Shown here: one piece after another, positions 58,545-64,000 of the stretch
Layout of the letters: every line of letters begins with the position of its first letter
Numbering within the stretch: position 1 is the stretch's first letter
Assembly: GCA_024682255.1 (NCBI GenBank)
Contig: GCA_024682255.1_4716.1
Source: a phage
Reading direction: 5' to 3' (one strand)
DNA: 64,000 nucleotides
Made by a program: the position numbers and the translations under genes
Notes under the pieces: generated by a model
The model's input: only the letters and a program-made list of their open reading frames with translations
What the model was told of the DNA's origin: nothing
Databases searched by the model: none

Positions 58545-59173
58545 TTATGGCTGTAACACGCATGACGCCAAGTCCCGGTGCGGTCGGGGTATTCACAGTA
58601 TCAGCGCCGTTTACCGTTGGTGCGTCGACGCTATATACCGTTACAGCGTTGCGAAGATTTAGCGAAGTCATCGGTAGTGGAATCGACCTATTTACGGAAC
58701 TGTACGAACCGTTATCGATAGACAAATCCACTTTCGAAGCGCATCTCGAAGCGAATGCTTATCTCGTCACGTTGCAACCGGATTATGGTGCGCCCGTACT
58801 GGTACCCGACACGTATATCACGTCGTACCCAAAGAACGATTCCTTGCGGTATCGTCGCATTATTCTGGGTATCGATTTCGGGCCTCTTCCTCCCGGTCTT
58901 GACCTTTCGTATTTAACAACAATATTGAAAGGTAAGGCCAGTGATATTCTTGGTGTCGAACCTGAAGTTAAAACGATGGAAATCACTCTCGATGATACCG
59001 TTACTCAGGGACAACATCAGATAAACGAAGCCCGTCGTCAGGCTGCGATAAAAGAGCGGGATACCATTTACGCACGCTGTGAAACGCAAGAGAAGCAGAT
59101 AACGGCTTTACTTGCAACCCAAAAGCAACTTATCAAATTGCTTCAAGACGCCGGTATCAATCCGACACCTTAA
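58541..59173 (+). CDS. hypothetical protein
   Basis: 210-aa ORF, GGAGGT SD, ATGA overlap with upstream gene. Confidence 0.5.
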   Translation: MIMAVTRMTPSPGAVGVFTVSAPFTVGASTLYTVTALRRFSEVIGSGIDLFTELYEPLSIDKSTFEAHLEANAYLVTLQPDYGAPVLVPDTYITSYPKNDSLRYRRIILGIDFGPLPPGLDLSYLTTILKGKASDILGVEPEVKTMEITLDDTVTQGQHQINEARRQAAIKERDTIYARCETQEKQITALLATQKQLIKLLQDAGINPTP

Positions 59174-59179
59174 CATATT

Positions 59180-59211
59180 CCCTCCTCCTTCCCTGTTGGG
59201 TTGGAGGAGGG
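59180..59211 (+). terminator. hairpin ccctcctcc/ggaggaggg followed by TTATGCCG
   Basis: inverted repeat after stop of 58541-59173. Confidence 0.5.
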
Positions 59212-59220
59212 TTATGCCGT

Positions 59221-59270
59221 CAAGCAAAAAAAAAAAATGATAGTCACAGGCTCTCCAATGAAGGAGAGCC
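59221..59270 (-). terminator. canonical intrinsic terminator for minus strand: hairpin ggctctcc/ggagagcc followed by U12 tract
   Basis: inverted repeat 59249-59270 and A12 run at 59226-59237 on plus strand. Confidence 0.6.
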
Positions 59271-59282
59271 GTGACCGTCAGT

Positions 59283-59984
59283 TTAGGATGCGGATAATCT
59301 CGCGTACTTCTGACGAACATGGTTCTTACGGCGAACTTCGTCGTCCTCGTCACGCCATTCGAGGTAAGCAACGAATCGACGTAACTGCGCCGCCGTCATC
59401 GTTGACGAGCGGTCTTCTACGTCCAGAACAACGTAACGAACATCACCAACATCATCGCAATCAACGTAACTGAATACCAAAAGACCATCACCATATTCAA
59501 CGATGGTAACTTCGAATCGTTTATCGAACAAATAAAACAGTTCCGATTCAATGATCATTGGAATGACGCATAAATCGGCACGATTGAGGATTTCCATCAT
59601 CACCCGTAACGCGCGAGGAGTATGACGAGCGAACTGGTCGTTAAAACGTTGTTTCATCGCTTGTTCCACGCCATCTGTTTTTGTTCCAAACCACGGACGT
59701 ACTACAGATTTCGGTGGTGTAAGACGAAAGCGATATGCTTGTATAAACAACAGAATATCAGCGACGTTGGGAAATTCTTCCTGGTCTTCGTATATCTTGC
59801 GGATAATATCCGGAATCGTAACCATCAAGTATTTCTTATCGCCTCCCACTTTCTCGAGATTAGCAATATGTCCTTCTACCACCGGCTGGTAAACGAAATT
59901 ATACCAATGACGGTATCTTTCGGTACGTTGGTAGTTTGGGATAAAATTAAGAATAATACTCACTGCGCGTTTTAACGGGTTCAT
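59283..59984 (-). CDS. hypothetical protein
   Basis: 233-aa ORF. Confidence 0.5.
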   Translation of the reverse strand: MNPLKRAVSIILNFIPNYQRTERYRHWYNFVYQPVVEGHIANLEKVGGDKKYLMVTIPDIIRKIYEDQEEFPNVADILLFIQAYRFRLTPPKSVVRPWFGTKTDGVEQAMKQRFNDQFARHTPRALRVMMEILNRADLCVIPMIIESELFYLFDKRFEVTIVEYGDGLLVFSYVDCDDVGDVRYVVLDVEDRSSTMTAAQLRRFVAYLEWRDEDDEVRRKNHVRQKYARLSAS

Positions 59985-59998
59985 CGAAAGGATCCTTC

Positions 59999-60433
59999 TT
60001 ATGTTTTAATATGCACATCGTCAATCCCCTCGGTAATCCAGCCGATGGGAAGGACAATCGTTGTTATCGTGTTATGGGTGTAATGATTGAGAAAATGGAA
60101 ATAGTAATTTTTGTTAGACTGTTCAATCCGCAGGTCGAGGTGCGCGTCTTCAGGTAACCGTAACCATGCACCGTACAGTTCATTAAACTTACGCTGAATT
60201 TTACCGGGGTTCATTGGAACCCCACGACCACGACGATGTAGCTGACGTAATGATTCAATCAAACACTCAGAGATACCCGTTGTCGTTCCGTTATCGCTTG
60301 TATCAATAACGATGAACTCTCGTGACCCACGACCGAGATAAAAGCCAGCGACAAAAGCTGCAGCAACAAAAATTATCGTACCGATACCAATATACCAATA
60401 GTAAGTATCCATAACGACCTCACTTATACCCAA
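59999..60433 (-). CDS. small membrane protein (N-terminal TM helix)
   Basis: YYWYIGIGTIIFVAAAFVAGFYLG hydrophobic segment. Confidence 0.45.
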   Translation of the reverse strand: MGISEVVMDTYYWYIGIGTIIFVAAAFVAGFYLGRGSREFIVIDTSDNGTTTGISECLIESLRQLHRRGRGVPMNPGKIQRKFNELYGAWLRLPEDAHLDLRIEQSNKNYYFHFLNHYTHNTITTIVLPIGWITEGIDDVHIKT

Positions 60434-60957
60434 TAATCGGCAAGCGGTTTTACCTTATTAATGGGCAACTGTACTTTACCGATGTTCTCTACACCCGCAT
60501 CCGCGTAGAGAACAATTTTATCGTCGTCTCTTTCCCAACGAATAATGAATCGACCAGGAAGAAGATTACTCTGTTCAAGAGACGCAGTAACCTGTTGTGT
60601 TAATACAGACAACCAAGCAGGCATCAGTGTTGCAATGTCTAAGTCATTTGACCATTCAGCACGTTGCTCCACTGGGCGTAACATACGTTCGACGGTGCGT
60701 TGAACCGTTGCGGTGATATAGCCTTTATCTTCGTCACTGATTGGATCAGGGCGAGACACGAAACGTTCAGCAGGTTTACGGGAAATATGCTCATGTAAAT
60801 CGATGAGTGGTGTTGTCATAGTACTCGCTCCATCAGAATGTAATTGGGTAACCCGTAGGGTTGTCTGCATGCTATTCAGAAGCGCAAAAGCGCCATAAAC
60901 AACAACGATACCAAGTATAGCCAAAACAGAAATCATTAACGTGTATTGCATTGTCAT
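60424..60957 (-). CDS. membrane protein, N-terminal TM anchor (start at ATG with GGGGAG SD)
   Basis: MQYTLMISVLAILGIVVVYGAFALL segment; ORF track 60424-60999. Confidence 0.45.
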   Translation of the reverse strand: MTMQYTLMISVLAILGIVVVYGAFALLNSMQTTLRVTQLHSDGASTMTTPLIDLHEHISRKPAERFVSRPDPISDEDKGYITATVQRTVERMLRPVEQRAEWSNDLDIATLMPAWLSVLTQQVTASLEQSNLLPGRFIIRWERDDDKIVLYADAGVENIGKVQLPINKVKPLADYWV

Positions 60958-61052
60958 CTCCCCTACATACGCATCTTGAAGATCGGTTAAAAACAACAAA
61001 AGAAAAAACGATATAAAGCAAGGTCCTCTGATATCAGAGGACCTTGGATCAA

Positions 61053-61709
61053 TCAGCTTGCAGCTTCTTCATTTGTATCAGGTTTGCTTCCCCCTAACAA
61101 ACCGTCAAATAGACCCGTATGTTTCAGGTAGAAGAGAGCGATAGCGCCCATTGCTGCTGCGCTCGTCGCCGTTAACGCAACCCCAGCACGATACTGCCAT
61201 TTACGGTCAGGCTTTTGATCAAGCGCCATACGTCGCATGTATTCAGCCTCTGCTTCATTCCGATGAATTTCGGATTCAGCCAAGCGGGCTAAGGTATCGC
61301 GGTCAAGGTTATCATAACGTACGTTCATGGTGGTTTCCTCTTGTTTGGAAGTTGATTGCTTAGTGGATTCTTGGTCAACAGTCGTTTCAGTTGGTTCAAA
61401 CGGCTGGTTGTTCATTTTCTGATCTTTATTGGTCATGATAGACTCCTTCGATTTTTGAGACGAAATTGATTTAAACCATCGTGGATGGCGGTATTCAGTT
61501 TTACATGTACAGTTAAGTTTCTCGTGCAGAAAAGCGTAAAAACGTTTTGCGCCTACACGTAAGGCTTTCAGCATTACCCATCCACGAGCACTCAAACGGT
61601 GTAGCTGTTGCGGTATGTCTAGTTTCCTAGCCAAGCGAAAGTATCTTTCAATCACTTCGATAGGAAACCATTGTTGTTCCACATCGGTGAGACTGAAAGT
61701 CTTATCCAT
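61053..61709 (-). CDS. hypothetical protein with C-terminal TM helix; internal AAGGAG-ATG at ~61438 suggests it may be two products or have an internal start
   Basis: GVALTATSAAAMGAIALFYL near C-terminus; in-frame internal RBS. Confidence 0.4.
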   Translation of the reverse strand: MDKTFSLTDVEQQWFPIEVIERYFRLARKLDIPQQLHRLSARGWVMLKALRVGAKRFYAFLHEKLNCTCKTEYRHPRWFKSISSQKSKESIMTNKDQKMNNQPFEPTETTVDQESTKQSTSKQEETTMNVRYDNLDRDTLARLAESEIHRNEAEAEYMRRMALDQKPDRKWQYRAGVALTATSAAAMGAIALFYLKHTGLFDGLLGGSKPDTNEEAAS

Positions 61710-61859
61710 GAATGAAATCTCGCTGGCTTACTTCACTTAAGTAATATAGCCGTGAAAAATGATGGAATAAGTTAAATACCGCAACCGCCGCTAATTTTAT
61801 AGGCTTTTAGCCTAAACCAATCATCTTCGGAATCATCATCTTTGAAACAGGAACCTATC

Positions 61860-62636
61860 ATGGAAAAAGTATTTGTTTGTAAGTTGTTTACCAACGGCAA
61901 TAGCCAACCAATGTATCTGACCGATCCTGTTCTAGGTAATCGGAACAGTACCGTATTCAAAGAAGCTTTCGAATACGCTAAAAATAAAGCCGTGAGAACA
62001 CTGACGTCCGATGACTGTATCAATGGTATCACGTGGGCAGAGTTATTAGGTGATGCTGTTAGACACTTCGTTCGGGATGCAAGAAAACAGGAAATCGGTC
62101 TCACGACTATCGTTGTGCATGAAAACGCAGAAATTTTATCAAACGTTTTGGTTGATTTTAATGACGTTTGCGTGTTTAATCCAGAGAACACGTTTGAACA
62201 ATACCTTACTGCCCTGAACAACCAACTCGGTAAAGATATTCATCCCGAATTCGCCAAGTTAACGTATCAGGTACTTTTTGATAACGTCGATCCAAATACG
62301 AAGATCAATACCAGCACGTCACACCTGGTAAAGAAATACGGATCGGTTTTGGATAATCCATTAAAAGAACAAGAGCCTACTGGGGTTAGGGCGGTACATC
62401 ACAACCTCGTCGTTAAATCTGATGGATGCGATGAACATTACGCTATGATAAACGATGAAAACAATTACCGTTTAAGTCAAGCGATTGGTGTTCTACGCTA
62501 TACCGAACCCACTGTTGTAGACGATTATACATCGACAACAACACACACCACGTGTTTCATTTTCATCTATCCCAATGAAAGTGTATACATTACTGACTGC
62601 TATGGCAATACCGTAGATAGCTTACGTCGTTATTAA
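61860..62636 (+). CDS. hypothetical protein
   Basis: ORF track 61842-62636; second ATG has better spacing to SD. Confidence 0.5.
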   Translation: MEKVFVCKLFTNGNSQPMYLTDPVLGNRNSTVFKEAFEYAKNKAVRTLTSDDCINGITWAELLGDAVRHFVRDARKQEIGLTTIVVHENAEILSNVLVDFNDVCVFNPENTFEQYLTALNNQLGKDIHPEFAKLTYQVLFDNVDPNTKINTSTSHLVKKYGSVLDNPLKEQEPTGVRAVHHNLVVKSDGCDEHYAMINDENNYRLSQAIGVLRYTEPTVVDDYTSTTTHTTCFIFIYPNESVYITDCYGNTVDSLRRY

Positions 62637-62641
62637 TCATC

Positions 62642-62665
62642 AAGCCTGTCCTTCGGGGCAGGCTT
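62642..62665 (+). terminator. hairpin with UUCG tetraloop (gcctgtcc-ttcg-gggcaggc) followed by TTTTATGCTG
   Basis: inverted repeat; reverse-complement copy of element at 1985-2006. Confidence 0.55.
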
Positions 62666-62744
62666 TTATGCTGTTAAATATCAGGAATAAGAATTAACAA
62701 AATAGGAAAATGGTGTGAATATAACACAAAGGAGGGAGATGATT

Positions 62745-62861
62745 ATGTTACTCATTCTAATGGAGAGAGCGTTGCTGGCGGGTATCTGCGCATTCTCTGT
62801 TAAACACGCTGTTGCTATCATGGCTGAAGAAAGGCGTAATACGCATAATGTATTACGCTGA
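62745..62861 (+). CDS. candidate 38-aa hydrophobic small protein
   Basis: AAGGAGGGAG SD 8 nt upstream of ATG; below ORF-track length cutoff; translation MLLILMERALLAGICAFSVKHAVAIMAEERRNTHNVLR. Confidence 0.4.
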   Translation: MLLILMERALLAGICAFSVKHAVAIMAEERRNTHNVLR

Positions 62862-62929
62862 AAACACTGTGTGCATTAGTGTATGACGAGAAATCGTCGA
62901 GGCCCCCGTCTTCACGAGGGCCAACACCT

Positions 62930-63280
62930 ATGCATGATTATTCATCGTCTGTTAAACAAAAGGTTATAAACATGAGCAATTTGAACGTTGAATTTACTTC
63001 AACAACGCCTGTCATGAATGGTGTTGGCACTGAAACCAAAATCGTATTAGAACCCATTCCAGGGTTACGTGATCTCGGTGATTTTTATCCACTGATGCCG
63101 CGTATACGGAAGGCCTTAAACAGTATCGATCTTGATTCTAATAAAGATTTCCAACACGATACAGAAAATACCGATCATGTGTTGCTACCGTCAGGGATCG
63201 CAAAATTCACCTACACGCAAACATTGAAAGCCTCCGATGGTGAAATCCGTCGTTTTATCGTTGAAGTAGAAAGCGCATAA
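62930..63280 (+). CDS. hypothetical protein (track starts at GTG 62879; ATG 62930 or 62972 more likely)
   Basis: ORF track; GAGGG before 62930. Confidence 0.4.
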   Translation: MHDYSSSVKQKVINMSNLNVEFTSTTPVMNGVGTETKIVLEPIPGLRDLGDFYPLMPRIRKALNSIDLDSNKDFQHDTENTDHVLLPSGIAKFTYTQTLKASDGEIRRFIVEVESA

Positions 63281-63285
63281 AAACC

Positions 63286-63315
63286 ATCCTCCCAACCCGT
63301 AAGGGAAGGGAGGAT
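63286..63315 (+). terminator. hairpin atcctccc/gggaggat followed by AAATATGCCG
   Basis: inverted repeat. Confidence 0.5.
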
Positions 63316-63333
63316 GAAATATGCCGTTAAACG

Positions 63334-63963
63334 TTATTCAACAAACCCCGCATTCAACAGATTGTCGTAAACACGATTAGCGACATCAACAGGAGAATGT
63401 GTGTTACTGGTATCTATACACAACGTTTTCGCGTCGCCGAGATAGTCCATAAAATCCATGTAACGATAACGTCGTTTATTGAATGTCGCTTCATCGATGT
63501 TATCAAACATCTGATGTTTAGCATGACGAACACGGAACCGTCTTAAATACGTAGGATAGTCAATATCCAGATAAACATAGTAAGACGGCATGATAATAGA
63601 CGGTAAGTTCGGCAACAACGCATCAAACAACTTAACGTTAGCATCATTAACCTGATAAACGTACGTCGAAGCAATCGAACGATCGCTAAGCACAGTCTTC
63701 CCTTCGTTAAGGGCTGGATGAATCACCTTGTTGAAGAGATGATTGCGTTGCGACATCATCGCCAATAGTTCGGTTTCTGGATCGAATCTGTTCGTTGGCG
63801 TCTGATCTTCCAGGATAAGTTTACGAATCGCTTCTCCGTAGAGTGTACCACCGGGTTCACGTACGACGCAGACGTTGTTTAAACGACTGTGTAAAGACGA
63901 GATAACCGAACTCTTTCCTGAATAATCCAGGCCTTCAATAACGATATATTTATTACGAGACAT
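63334..63963 (-). CDS. tmk: thymidylate kinase
   Basis: P-loop IVIEGLDYSGKSS and REPGGT motif as in dTMP kinases; GGAGCGGGG SD before ATG 63963 (track start 63975 is TTG). Confidence 0.85.
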   Translation of the reverse strand: MSRNKYIVIEGLDYSGKSSVISSLHSRLNNVCVVREPGGTLYGEAIRKLILEDQTPTNRFDPETELLAMMSQRNHLFNKVIHPALNEGKTVLSDRSIASTYVYQVNDANVKLFDALLPNLPSIIMPSYYVYLDIDYPTYLRRFRVRHAKHQMFDNIDEATFNKRRYRYMDFMDYLGDAKTLCIDTSNTHSPVDVANRVYDNLLNAGFVE

Positions 63964-64000
63964 TCCCCGCTCCAATTAACTATTTCGTTTTTGCCGTCAG

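Noticed and set aside
62879-62929. GTG start of ORF 62879-63280 as in the ORF track
   Set aside because: No SD before the GTG; downstream ATGs at 62930 and 62972 have better context, so the N-terminal 17-31 codons are probably not translated.
1-64000. CRISPR array or tRNA genes
   Set aside because: The repeated hairpins are irregularly spaced, differ in sequence and sit at gene ends, so they are terminators, not CRISPR repeats. Intergenic regions show no cloverleaf-compatible GTTC-type T-arm; the only GGTTCAACGACTA matches are the intron R elements.

Overview
The window reads as a densely packed block of a phiKZ-like jumbo phage genome with an enterobacterial-style codon bias; most genes are on the minus strand. 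No rRNA, tRNA or CRISPR array was found. Calls I can support from sequence motifs: a tubulin/FtsZ-like PhuZ-type GTPase (2254-3234), the terminase large subunit (10936-13167), a probable tail sheath/tube pair (18620-21598), a 2252-aa virion protein with a C-terminal GH19-lysozyme-like domain (37351-44109), RNase H (55021-56559) and thymidylate kinase (63334-63963). The main finding is a split multisubunit RNA polymerase gene cluster at 28619-37240 on the minus strand, interrupted by two related group I introns. One intron (29729-30264, no ORF) splits the beta-like gene inside its DDxNR motif. The other (33655-35731, carrying an HNH homing endonuclease) splits the beta-prime-like gene immediately before the catalytic FDGD, so the DFDGD motif exists only after splicing; its 59-codon second exon is absent from the ORF track. 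A second recurring feature is a family of GC-rich intergenic hairpins followed by a TTATGCCG-type motif, which may be coupled terminator/late-promoter modules. All coordinates come from manual reading anchored to the ORF track; splice sites are homology-based and could be off by a few nucleotides. Most other ORFs are hypothetical proteins without recognisable motifs.
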